From NCBI GenBank assembly GCA_040285855.1, contig JAUFOQ010000005.1:682001-746000 (forward strand): a stretch of DNA of 64,000 bases, in the 5' to 3' direction. This document shows positions 51,325 through 64,000 of the stretch, in pieces (within the stretch, counting starts at the first letter, position 1; every line of letters starts with the position of its first letter). Origin of the DNA: Eukaryota sp. GEM-RC1 (lineage: Eukaryota). A model generated the notes under the pieces. It did no database searches. It saw only the letters and a program-made list of their open reading frames with translations, and had not been told where the DNA came from. Made by a program: the position numbers and the translations under genes.

Positions 51325-52518
51325 TAGATCTATGATTCCCTTGCAGCCGGCTGAGCCCCGGTCTCTATTAAGCCGAGCTGAGCCCAGGCCGACGCCGGCC
51401 TATCTTTTTTTCTATGAGCCGTAATCTAGGCCCAACTAATTTACAACTTGCTAAATCTATTACTATGATCACAGAAATATAAGACTAATTGTTGTATAGG
51501 GACAATTCTCGTGTTGATGTGGAGAATTTAACTTCTTTCATTTTCTGAATTAGTATGTAATAATTTATTGTTGCAAATAAACTCTTTATAATTGTATTTA
51601 AATAAAGTAATTTAGAAATTCACTACAATACAACTTCATCGTTCTCGTTCTGAATTGATGTAGAAAAACTTAACTGTGTTTGTTTTAAGACTTTCTTTTC
51701 GATCTTATTCTCCCGCGGTTTAATAGAGACTTTAGTCCAATGAGAGACCTAATTGTTTCACGATCCAAATTCCATCTTCCATGAATCATGTGGCCAACCA
51801 CAGAAAATAAAGACTCACAAGCAACAGAAGAAGCAGGACTTGCAAGGAACTGTCTTGCAACTCGGCTCAAATTCGGATACTTTTCGTTATTGCACTTCCA
51901 CCACAAGAGTGGATCTGAAGCTGAAACTCTTTCATCAAGATATCTATCAAGCTCACTCTTGTTTTGGTCCACGATCTCACACTCTTCTTCTCTAACAGCG
52001 AGTGATATTTCTGCAAAATTGTCATCTTCTGAATCTGATGCTGCTTGATCGCCTGTCGACGGTACTTCTGCAGCTGGTGTGGAATTTTCCGATGTATCAA
52101 TCATACTAATCAACTGCTCCCAGTGCTCTTCTTTGTCTAAGACTGCAAACTCTCTAAGCATATTGTTTTTGTAGCGAGGATCAAGCAAAACTGCAGCAAA
52201 GGCAACATAGTCGGTAAAGTATTTCTGAGACTTAATCAATCTATCGAACATCAATTTAGCAGTCGTTTTGATCCAAATATCTTCAGAATTGTTGTAAATA
52301 TCTTTGAACGTATTTAGCAAAGAATCAAACAAAACGAATCCACTGCAAAACTTCTTCTTGTTTGTTATTTTAAAAATCAAAATAAAAGCACCAACAAATG
52401 TTACAATTTATTATTGGACTTTCGGCGTTAAATTTGGCCTAGCACGGCTTAGGCCGGCCTAAAAAGTTTTTGAAATCTGTAAGAAGGCTTAGGCCGGGCC
52501 GTAAGGGTATCATATCTA
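51325..52518 (-). mobile_element. Internally deleted hAT element retaining the transposase C-terminus (ORF 51685-52380)
   Basis: LLDPRYK, ELDRYL, DPLLWWK, YPNLSRVARQFLASPASSVACESLFS; imperfect TIRs with GGCC-rich subterminal repeats; no clear TSD. Confidence 0.8.
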
Positions 52519-52703
52519 CAATCTGTAGATCTACTCTACCGATCTTGTCAGATTTCGAATATCTCATATGCACTCATCCCGATCTTATATCATGTTAGCT
52601 CTCTCTATACCTCCAACCTGAACAACGCCAACTTCAACAGATTCCACATTTCCGAAAACGTTGCATTGTGTAGCTTTTTAGAGACCCTCAATTCACAAAT
52701 CCA

Positions 52704-55005
52704 ATGTCTGAGCCTACTTGTAACATCCATACTCTTAGGACAACGCTTCTCCGTGACAGACTTCTCCAATGTCAACAAGAAGAACTCTTAACAGATAGTG
52801 TCATTGTCTTTCATGGTGAACGTTTCTCTTGTCATTTTTCTTATCTTGCTTCTTTCAGTAAAATCTTACAGACCAAGTTCAAAACTTCATCCACTAAAGT
52901 TGTCTTTCCCGAACTTGAAGCTTCTGTTTCTGATGCTAATCTCTTCTTTCAAGTATTCCAATACTTCTATGGACATCCTTTGCATCTCACCGTTCAAAAC
53001 GTGGGCATTGTTCTTTCTCTATGTTCTTCTCTTCAACTTGAGTTGTTATCTCAATCTATTCATGAGACAATGAAAACAGGATTGGATTTATCAAAACCTT
53101 TCCAACTACAGTTAGATTCGAATGAAATTGTGACCATAATGAGTTCAAATCTCCAAAGAGATGTCGTTCTAACTTATTTAGATGAAGAAGAAGTCGTCAT
53201 TAGTTCAATATGTTTAATTTGTTGTTCAAACACATTTAAACATCAATTCTGCTCTAACTTTGCTGATCATTCCCTTCGAAAGTTCTCTTATCATGACGAG
53301 TTTGTTGGAGTTACTGGTGAAGAATTTCAATCTTTCTTTGGTTCTTTTACTGGTAAATCAATCATTCTTAACTCAGACAATTTCGTGAGTTTTTATCAAC
53401 TTGCAGTCTATTTTCAAGTAGAAGAGGTAAAGAAGGAATGTATTGGGTTTTTAACTAGAGTAAGTGATGAATCTGAATTGATACAGATTCTTTCAACGGC
53501 TGCTGTAAGGCATTTGTTTAATTTTCTTTTAGATTTCAGTGGAATTTTAAAAAGCTGGCTTCTCCAATCAATTTCCAACCGATTTCATTGCCTCCAAACT
53601 TCTTTTTGCCTAATGTTGATAATTGTTGGTTAATTAAATGTTTAGTACTTACTGTTCAGAATACTCCAGAAGATCAGTTGGATACCTCTGAAATACTACG
53701 AATTTTAAATTTGTTTGAGGTAGATCCATCAAACATTAGTAAAGTGTATCTTGCTGCAAAAACTTTATTTCAATTAAAGTTGCTTCAAAATATACTTTTT
53801 GATTGGTCTATGATTGTTTTACCAACAATTTCTCCTGACAAAATACCTGGTAAATGGTTCTGCTGGTGTTTTGTCTTATTTATTCGAAGTTTTCACAGAC
53901 TGTCAAGGTACTTCAATTTTTTTTCATCAAACTTTGGTACAATTGTTACTGTTATTCGTCTATCCGCAATTGTGTTAATTCCTGAAGTTTTCCAAAGTTT
54001 AGCATCAAGTCTACCTTCGGATTACACACTATTCCTACTAAAATCACTAATTTTTTCCTGGAAGTCTTCTGAAGTCTCTAATTTTTGGTCTGTTGAAGAC
54101 TTTGTCAGTTGTCTGTCAGCTTTAAATATTGACTCAAATCCAATTGAATTTTTAAATCTAATAACCCCTTTATGTATTGATCAGAGACTTCAATCTTTCT
54201 TGAACAACTTTATTTCAATTAATTCAGTGAGAATTATGAGTAATCAAAATCAAGAAATTTTAAATTTAAAGGGTGAATTGATAAAAACAAGGAGCTACTT
54301 TAAGGAACAACTTTTGGCTTATAGGGATTATCACAAAAACAATTGGCCAATGTTGAACAATCATCTCAAAGTAAGATCAATGCTGAACGAAGTGATATTC
54401 TTTGCCAATTTGCCATTAGCCAGAACGAAATTAAGTCTGCACAAGATTATCATAGTGATCAACTGATGTCTTTTCAGAGTCAAATCAAGACTCTTAGTGA
54501 CAAAGTTAACCACAAGTACCAAGAGAGAGAAGTAGGTAAGTTTGATGGAGGAATTTGTGGATCCAATTTATTTCTTTCTGGTAATGAAACGGTGGTTTCC
54601 TCTTCAATGGATACTGTACATGTAGCTCATATAGAATGTAACAATTTTGTAGCAATTCCTTTAATTGATGGCTGCAAGATTAAATTGACTCTTCTTCGTG
54701 GTAATGGGTCTGCCCACCTTGTTTTTGCTAATAGCAAAAAGCCACAAAGTAGCAGTTATCTGATGTGGTTAGACACTAGTGGTACACGTAGGTATGGCAC
54801 CTTTTCTCCTCCAGAACCAGGTTTTCCTCCAATCACGGGAGGGTGTCACTTCACCATTGAATTATTTAAAGGACGGGCGATAATATGTACCCCTTCAACA
54901 TCAAACTCTCCGTTTTCAACTCCAGTTCCTGAAGGTTTTGATTTTGGATTGAGAATACATTGCATAGGTCAGAAATGGAAGTTGGAACGGGTATGTTGGT
55001 TATAA
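52704..55005 (+). CDS. BTB protein, copy 3 (BTB-BTB-helical, coiled coil, SPRY-like); frameshifted
   Basis: ORFs 52704-53633, 53588-54466, 54343-55005. Confidence 0.85.
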
Positions 55006-56527
55006 TATATATTTTGTTCTTTTTTCGATTGTTTTTAGTTTGATAAAATCAATACCGTCATCTTGAAGATAATTTCTATCCTTATTGATTTTTAACCGTT
55101 GATTGCTCGCCTTTGGTTGCAAAATGTACAATGGATAAGAGTAGATGTAGTCCTATCCCTCTCAGTATTAACGACCGATGTTTAGTTATCATAACACCAA
55201 GTAATTTGCTTTCAAAATTGTAAATCAAACTGATTAGGGGCTTTTGTCGTTGCATCAACAAAAGGTGATGGTGCACTCTTGTGGAAGCCTTCATCTATGT
55301 TTGTCTCTTTAACACTGTATTCGAAACTAAGCTCTAGTTTCGATCCATTTCTCCGGACAACCAGACAATTACTAAATTTACAGTTATTTGTTGAGATTGA
55401 CGTCTTGTTTTTGACAAGGAAATCAGTGTCGTATATTTTGTTAAGTATCAAAAGTGCCTTCGGGTATTTGAAGATGAAATTAGATATTCTGGAAGTTGCA
55501 GGTAAGTGAACCATTATATTTTTGAGCAACAAACAAATGTTGATTGACTGATACTTATAACTGTTCAAGAAATCATCTATAAATGGAGCGTGTTTAACAA
55601 TTATTTTTCCAAGTCTGTCCGATTTCTAGACTACGGAGCTGGTAATTGTTCCTAAGATTTCTGAATATTTTACTTGTTCATTAGGCAAAATTAGTGCAGT
55701 GTTTCTTCATATGTTTATTTGAGAATATATCACGGTTTGTAATTTCAAAAATGGTTTTTCTTTATATTACTCCTCTATTGAAATGTATTTAGATGTATTA
55801 AGGATTGATTAGTGCGAGCGTGATAGAGATTGAAGTGGTTAAGAAGTCATTTGTCACTTCTGCTCATTCAAGTGTACTGCTGTTGGTTTCACCACGTTGT
55901 CAATTGTGGTCCATGGAAATTATACAATACTGTAGAACAAACTTAAGTTTCAGAAATGCAGAACAATTTTTTTTCAACATATCGAGACAATCAATAAGCC
56001 GATATTTCTATTAACCAAAATTTCTTTTACACAATAATTAAATTTGTTCTTGTTGTGTGTTTTTCTCCGCACATAAATCCGCGTCTCATAATTAAATAGT
56101 GATGTATTTGATTATCAAATACTTCACTTTATTAACAATGGAGAACGAACAATACATGTAGCAGAAAACAGAAGAAGAAATACATATACTATCTGACAGT
56201 GATGACCAAGATTGCCATACATACGTGTTCTGTTTGGTCACATGGGCCGTATCATTACTTGCAGATCTCAAATGGCAAATGTTTGATACTGTCACTGGCA
56301 CTTTGAGCCTACATCTCCTATGAAAGAAGTCTTGCTGTTTCGGTGTGGATTTTGTGGTACACGGTTTGATTAGCACAAGTGACGTGATTTTAGTTTTCTT
56401 GAAAAATACTGTATATCATATTCAACCAATGTGATCTGTTACGATTTCTTAAGTATCACAATAACAATGGCTGTGATGTATCGTTATAATGTTAATGGTT
56501 TCATAGCAATTGTACAAGGTCAGAAAT

Positions 56528-56607
56528 TGTGGTCTTAGTCATATGATTAGAGAAATGTGAGTTTATTACATTAATAGGTCCTGATGAGTCATGTCATGAC
56601 ACTTACA
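56528..56607 (-). repeat. Solo LTR-like copy related to the element 2 LTR
   Basis: Minus strand TGTAAGTGTC..ATGACTCATCAGGACCT..TTTCTCTAATCATATGACTAAGACCACA; no TSD seen. Confidence 0.8.
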
Positions 56608-56660
56608 CGAGTTGCAACATTTTTACTGCAAAGTACAAAAGGAACATTGTACACAAATCA

Positions 56661-59058
56661 ATGTGTAGCACAAATCAAATGTCAACCTCCACCATTGATA
56701 CATGTAGTAGTTTAGAGGCTGTATCCCAAGCATCTCCCTCGGTGGAAGCTTTTTTCTTTGATCCAACTCTTCTCCAAGACAGACTTCTTCAATGTCAACA
56801 GGAAGATCTACTAACAGATAGTGTCATTGTCTTTCATTCTGAACGTTTCTCTTGTCATTCTTCTTATCTTGCTTCTTTCAGTAAAGTGTTACGGACTAAA
56901 TTCAATACTTCATCCACTGATGTTGTCTTTCCCGAACTTGAAGCTTCTGTTTCTGATGCTAATCTTTTCTTCCAAGTGTTCCGATACTTCTATGGACATC
57001 CTATGCATCTCACCGTTCAAAACGTTGGTCATGTCCTTTCTCTCTGTTCTTCTCTTCAACTTGAGTTGTTATCTCAATCGATTCTTGAGAAAATGACCAA
57101 ATGGACGGATCGGTCAAAACCTTTGCAATTACAGCTAGATTCTAATGAAATTGTCACTAGAATGAGTTCAAATTTCCAAAGAGATGTCGTTCTAACTTAT
57201 TTAGATGAAGAAGTTGTCATCAGTTCAATTTTTCTAATTTGTTGCTCAACATCATTTAAATATCAATTCTGCTCTAACTTTGATGATCATTCCCTTCGAA
57301 AGTTCTCTTATCATGACGAATTTATTGGAGTTACTGGTGAGGAATTCCAATCTTTTTTGATTCTTTTACTGGCAAGTCAATCACTCTTAACTCAGACAAT
57401 GTCGTGAGTTTTTATCAACTTGCAGTCTATTTTCAAGTAGAAGAGTTAAAGAAGGAATGTATTGGGTTTTTAACCGGAGTAAGTGATGATTCTGAATTAA
57501 TACATATTCTTTCAATAGCTGCTGTAAGGCATCTGTTTAATTTTCTTTTAGATTTCAGTGGAATTTTAAAACAGCTGGCTTCTCCAATCAATTTCCAACC
57601 GATTTTGTTGCCTCCAAACTTCTTTTCATGTCTTTTACCTAATGTCGATAATTGTTGGTTAATTAAATGTTTAGTACTTACTGTTCAGAATAGTGAAGAA
57701 GAACAGTTGGATACTTCTGAAATACTTCAAATTTTAAATTTGTTTGAGGTAGATCCATCAAACATTAGTAAACTGTATCTTGCTGCAAATCCGTTATTTC
57801 GATTAAACTTACTTGAAAATGTACTTTTGATTGGTCCATGACTATTTTCCCAACCATTTCTTTTGACAAAATACCTTGTGAATGGTTTTGTTGGTGTTTT
57901 AATTATCTTATTCGAACTTTCCAACAAGTTTCAAGTTTCTTGGATTTCTTTACTTCAAATTTTAGTACAATTGTTACTGTTAAATCTTTGCAAACTACCC
58001 CGTCAATTGTGTTAATTCCTGAAGTTTTCCAAAGTTTATCCTCAAATCTACCTTCAGAATACACAATATTCCTACTAAAATCACTAATTTTTTCCTGGAA
58101 GTCTTCTGAAGTCTCCAGCTTTTGGTCTGTTGAAGACTTTGTCAGTTGTCTCTCTGCTTTAAATATTGACTCAAATCCAATTGAATTTTTAAATCCAATT
58201 ACCCCTTTATGTATTGATCAGAGACTTCAATCTTTCTTAAACAACTATATTTCAATTAATTCAGTAAGAGTTATGAGTAATCAAAATCAAGAAATTTTAA
58301 ATTTGAAGAATGAGCTGGATCTAACAAGGAGCTACTTTACAAAGCAACTTATGGCGGAGAGGGATCATCATGCCCAACAATTAACCAATGTTGAACAATC
58401 TTTTCAGACTACCTTCAATGCTGAACGCAATGATCTTCTTTGCTTGTTCGCCAGACACAAGAGCGAAATAGGTTCGGAACTGACCTTTCATCATTTTGAA
58501 CTGAGATCTGACCGAGAGAAACTCCAGCAGTCTTTTCAACACCAAATTGGAGCTCTCAGTGATAAAATAGAGTATAACTACCAAGTATATGGGAGAGACA
58601 TTGGTCATTTTGATGACAGTCTTTGTGGATCCAATTTATACCTATTTAATAATGCCAGTGTGGTCAAATCTTCGTCTCTTAAAAAAATAACAAATCTAGA
58701 CTCGAATAATTTTGTTGCCATACCTTTACTAGAGGGATGTGAAGTCAAGTTGACTCTTGTTAGTTTAAGTGGATCTGCCAGTCTTGTTTATGTTGATAAC
58801 AAGAGGCCTCAAACAAGGTTTTTAACTATGAATGTACCTACGAGTGGTGTACAGGCACGTGGAAGATTTTCCCCTTCAGAGCCCAGTTTTCCTCCAATTA
58901 CTCAAGGCCATGGATTCAACATTCGATATCAATACGGTCAGGTTATAATTAGTCCTTCAACTAGCCGAGCTTCCTTTTCAGCTCCAGTATTGAAAGCTTC
59001 TGTATTTGGATTGAAAATACATGAATCAGGTCAAACATGGAATTTGGAGCGGGTGTGA
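56661..59058 (+). CDS. BTB protein, copy 4 (BTB-BTB-helical, coiled coil, SPRY-like); frameshifted
   Basis: ORFs 56661-57407, 57404-57841, 57838-59058. Confidence 0.85.
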
Positions 59059-60263
59059 TTACTTAAAAGTGTATGTTCTATTGTTTGAGTGGTACTTATA
59101 GAAATTAGAAAATGATTCATTGGATATTTATTGGGAATAGCAGTTTTAAGGCTGCTTATTAAAATTGAAATGTTTGAACTGATACAATACTTACTGTTCA
59201 TGATGACATTATTTTGATTATTTTCATGCAGAAACAACAATCGTGTTAGAATTGTAGAAAAAGACTTAGTTGACAGCACTCCACTTTTCCCAATAATAAA
59301 TTGCAATAAATTTATATCGTGTCTCACATCAGTATTTACAATCCTAGGGTACAATGATCGTTCTGATATACGAACTTTTCAAATTTAAATGAGCTTTAGA
59401 GATCTGTGCTTTATTATCTGATGAAAGTAGGCCAGCCTTGGTATACTTAGAAGTAAAATCCATGGATGTCCATGATTTCGTGACATCATGACAATATTAC
59501 GTCATCACAATCTGTAATGACGTCATGACAAATTAGCAAATTATGTCAAGACAAACGCAACACCGTTAAATCGTTTAACAAGTTAGTATTTCAACTCTTT
59601 TGAAATAAAATGAATAGTCACAGCAGATAATCAAACACAGAGGAGTGAATAGCCAATTGTTTTGAAATATGACTGTAGTAAGCATCTGTAGATTGTTAAA
59701 ACTCCGTCTTTTTTCCAACTATGTTGTAACCATTAAATGACTGTCAAGAAACAATTACGTCACGATAATGGGGTTGTTGGTGTCATGGACAGTTGTAAAA
59801 TTAAATCTAAGGATTCAGTTTAAAACATTTGATTCTGAATGTTTTTTACTCATTTGATGTTGAGAAGTGAACCAAGTTAGTCATCGATTACATTTGTTTC
59901 TTCTGTAAAATTGTTCATCCTATGAAGTTACTGGTCATATATTTTCTATATGTTTTTAAATGGGGGTTTATTTCACGACTTCATTAATTTAGGATCAAAA
60001 CAATTGTACTGCTCTTGTGTGCAATGAATGTGCATCGCTTTTTTATCAGACATGCCGTCAAAATTTCGCATCAACTTAGTCCAAAAGCGCACATTCCCTT
60101 TTCTGGTGGTTTCCGCTCCCTCACGATTTCAGAATTTAGGGAAATGCAACTTTTAAAAGTAGAGTAGAGTCTCTTAGTCAGTGAACTGGCGCATGGAATT
60201 CAGAGTGAATGCAAATGTTGAAGTCAAATATCCTGTCCGGTACATCCTCTGAAGACAAATCTA

Positions 60264-61141
60264 CAGTAAACTCTCTCTAATTGAAACGACTTGGTGAATG
60301 TAGTTTCGTTTCAATTACAGAGAGTTTTCAATTACAGAGAGTTCCTATAAATCTACCCATTACTAAATACAACATCCACATATATTACAGAACATCAAAT
60401 ATTTTATTAATTAGTCTGCAAGAGCAACTTAACAAGTCTGATCCACAAAACAAGTACAATGAATGCTCGGACTTAAACAAATGTTATTAGCTTGACTCAA
60501 ATGAATCATCCCGCTTTTTAAAAAAGACTTTTACTTAATATCGACAGTACTCATTATAAAGTGGTACACAGGAAGTATTTCGTTTATATTTCGTAAGGGT
60601 GGCAAAAAATGAACCAATGTTTCTCCCTCTTTTCCCCAGCACTGCTGGAAGATCTATCATCACTTGATTTAGAGCAGTGCAGTCATTAAACTAATGTATT
60701 GGAACACAATTGGAGAAAATTCTCAATCAATGATTCAGTTCTTTTTTTGAGGAAAGGTTCTACAGTTACAGTTTCTGTATTTTCATCATCTTCAAAACAT
60801 TGACGAGCATGCTTCTGTATTTGACTTTTAATTGATGTTCAGTATTGTGTGTGGTATATTTAAGTTGATGATGGGAAAACCAGAAGAGTACTGTAGGATT
60901 TATGAAGAACAACAACGTCTTTTTTCCTTCTCCACACTGACATCGATATATGGCAGCGAGCTATAGATGCGCCACCCAGAAAACAGCGTAACAATGACTT
61001 CAATGTTTCAATTAGGTCTCAAAAAACTGTTTCAATTGTTTCAATTTTCAATTTGGTATTGTTTTACTCGGTGGCATGGCTTTTTGTTGCAATTTCAGAG
61101 AGTTTTCAATTACAGAGGTTGCAATTAGAAAGAGTTTACTG
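60264..61141. mobile_element. pogo/Tigger-type MITE
   Basis: TIR CAGTAAACTCT(C/T)TCTAATTG(A/C)AAC, flanked by TA on both sides. Confidence 0.85.
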
Positions 61142-61151
61142 TACCATCAAA

Positions 61152-63309
61152 ATGTCTCTCACAGCCACTAATAGTCTAGTGAACCCATCCCAAGCCTCTC
61201 GGTTGGAAGAAGCATTTCTTTTGATTCAACTCTTCTTCAAGACAGACTTCTTCAATGCCAAGAGGAGGAACTATTAACAGATAGTGTCATTGTCTTTCAT
61301 GGTGAACGTTTCTCGTGTCATTCTTATTATCTTGCTTCTTTCAGTCCATTCTTACGGACTAAATTCAGTACTTCATCCACTGAAGTTGTCTTTACCGAAC
61401 TTGAAGCTTCTGTTTCTGATGCCAATCTCTTCTTCCAGTTATTCCAATACTTCTATGGACATCCTTTGCAACTCACCGTTCAAAACGTGGACCGTGTCCT
61501 TTCTCTATGTTCCTCTCTTCAACTTGAGTTGTTATCTCAATCTATTCATGAGAAAATGAAAACAGGATTGGATTTATCAAAACCTTTCCAACTACAGCTA
61601 GATTCTAATGAAATTGTCACTAGAATGAGTTCAAATTTCCAAAGAGACATCGTTCTAATTTATTTAGACGAAGAAGTTGTCATTAGTTCAATTTGTTTAA
61701 TTTGTTGTTCAAAAATTTTTAAAGATCAATTCTGCTCTAACTTTGCTGATCATTCCCTTCGAAAGTTCTCTTATCATGACGAGTTTATTGGAGTTACTGG
61801 TGATGAATTCCAATCTTTCTTTGATTCTTTTACTGGTAAAGCAATCATTCTTAACTCAGACAATGTCGTTAGTTTTCATCAACTTGCAGTCTATTTTCAA
61901 GTAGAAGAGTTAAAGAAGGAATGTATTGGGTTTTTAACCGGAGTAACTGATGATTCTGAATTGATTCAGGTTCTTTCAATAGCTGTAGAACGACATGTAT
62001 TCAATTTTCTTCTGGACATCAGTGAAATTTTAAAAAGCTGATTTCTCCAATCAATTTCGAGCCGATTGCTTTGCCTCCAAACTTCTTTTCATGTCTTTTG
62101 CCAGTTATAGATAATTGTTGGTTAATTAGATGTTTAGTGCTTACTGTTCGTAACACTGAAGAAGACGAGTTGAGTAATTCAGAAATTGTCCAGATTTTAA
62201 ATTTGTTTGAGATAGATCCATCAAACGTTGGTAATATATATCTTTCTGTAAGACTTCTATTTCAGTTAAAGTTACTTGAAAATGTACTTTTGACTGGTCC
62301 ATGACTATTTTCCCAACCATTTCTTCTGATAAAATACCTTGTGAATGGTTTTATTGGTGTTTTAATTATTTTATTAGAAATTTCCAAAAAGTTTCAAGTT
62401 TCTCGAATTTCTTTACTTCAAACTTTAGTACAATTGTTACTGTTAATTTTTTGCAATCTTTCCCTTCACTTTTATTAATTCCTGAAGTTTTCCAAAGTTT
62501 ATCATCAAATCTACCTTCGGAGTACACACTATTCCTACTAAAATCACTAATTTTTTCCTGGAAGTCTTCTGAAGTCTCTAGTTCTTGGTCTGTTGAAGAC
62601 TTTGTCAGTTGTCTCTCAGCTTTAAATATTGACTCAAATCCAATTGAATTTTTAAATCTAATTACCCCTTTATGTATTGATCAGAGACTTCAATCTTTCT
62701 TAAACAACTATATTTCACATAATTCAGTGAGAGTTATGAGTAATCAAAGTCAAGAAATTTTAAATTTAAAAGGCGAATTGGTGAAAACAAAGTTCTGTTT
62801 CGAAAAACAAATAAAGACTCAAAGGAGTTTGCAAATAAAAAAAGCAAGAAATAGGTAAGTTCGATGGAACAGTTTGCGGTTCCAATTTGTTTCTTTCTGA
62901 TAATGCAACTTCGATCTCTTCTTCATTTGAAAATGAGTTGACTGGTTTAGAACGTAATAAGTTTGTGGCAATTCCTCTAATCAATGGTTATAAGGTTAAA
63001 CTGACTCCTGTTAGTTGTAATGGATCCGCTAGTCTTGTTTTTGTGGATAGCAGAAAGCCTCAAAGTAGATATGTTTCAATGTTTATACACACTAATGGTA
63101 AACTTACTCATGGAACCTTTTCTCCCCATGAGCCAAGATTTCCTCTTATCACGGGTGGGTGTCACGTCACCATTGAATTTTCCGAAGGACGCGCGATCTT
63201 TACCCCATCAACATCAAACACTCCGTTTTCAACTTCAGTTCCTAAAGGGTGTGTCTTTGGATTGCAAATACATTGGTCAGGTCAGAAATGGAAGTTGGAA
63301 CGTGTTTGA
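61152..63309 (+). CDS. BTB protein, copy 5 (BTB-BTB-helical, short coil, SPRY-like); frameshifted
   Basis: ORFs 61466-62041, 62071-62304, 62301-62858, 62887-63309; ATG at 61152. Confidence 0.82.
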
Positions 63310-64000
63310 TTGTCTTAATGTGAATTGCGTGCGAATGTTTCTAGCTCAATCAATCAATACCATCGTCTGTAGAGAAACGACATTGATCTTCATTGATCTT
63401 ACACCATTGATTACTTTTATGGTAATGCCTTGTTGTATAACCTGAAATGATATCAGTGGTATTATGACAATTGTGTTGCAGATTTTATGTGTAAAGTATA
63501 ATTCCGTGATCATATTCTAGATTAGAGTTGTCAAATGATTTACCTCAAGCCGTGTTCTGAGAATGACTTGATAAAAGTACATACAGTATTAAGAAGCAAT
63601 TATATAAGATGATCGAGTACATATCGTAAAACTATTTAAATCTAACTAAAGACTGTTAAAAAAACTATCTATCTACTAACTCCCCATTTCAACAAGTAGG
63701 TATTATCGAACAGCCTGGCCAAAATCAATGGTCTTACAGCTGAAAAGTCAAAAAGCAAACGTACTCGTCCAGTACTACATGTTGAACATCTTACTCACGT
63801 CTGAACGTAAATAACAAAGTCTTGGTTTTTACTGCCGTTTCACATCGTTGTATACTTATGTTATCATACATATGTTTTAAGACATGGCCTTTGCTGATGT
63901 GGGTTTCCTATACTACTCTGAAGTAGTCACTTACTCGTAAAAGTATGCAGAAATAAGTATACGTTTCACCATCATTAATACCAACAGAAACCAAAAATTG

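Noticed and set aside
55082..55568. Minus-strand ORFs of 118 and 70 aa
   Set aside because: No recognisable motif; cannot be supported as a gene
56575..56607. CTGATGAG hammerhead-like core in the solo LTR and on the antisense strand of LTR2
   Set aside because: No GAAA after the potential stem II and no stem I/III pairing; it is the reverse complement of the ATGACTCATCAG LTR motif

Overview
AT-rich eukaryotic DNA from a probable flagellated protist: CEP76 is present, introns are tiny (29-35 nt, GTATG...AG) and the code is standard. Many single-base frameshifts fall in homopolymers, even in casein kinase 1, so the assembly looks like unpolished long reads. Host genes are two NYN+OST-HTH/LOTUS paralogues, a probable membrane protein, CEP76, casein kinase 1, dipeptidyl peptidase III and five paralogous BTB-BTB-helical-coiled-coil genes, four ending in a variable SPRY/B30.2-like domain. 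Much of the rest is transposons: pogo/Tigger and hAT elements and MITEs (several nested), a CRE-like non-LTR fragment and two full-length chromovirus-like Ty3/Gypsy elements. The main finding is that both Gypsy elements have ultra-short LTRs (88 and 77 bp), no tRNA primer-binding site, and the same palindrome CA|ATAATTATTGT at the LTR/PBS junction, suggesting tRNA-independent priming. The second is the BTB array with a homogenised core and a hypervariable C-terminal domain, resembling a TRIM-like receptor family.
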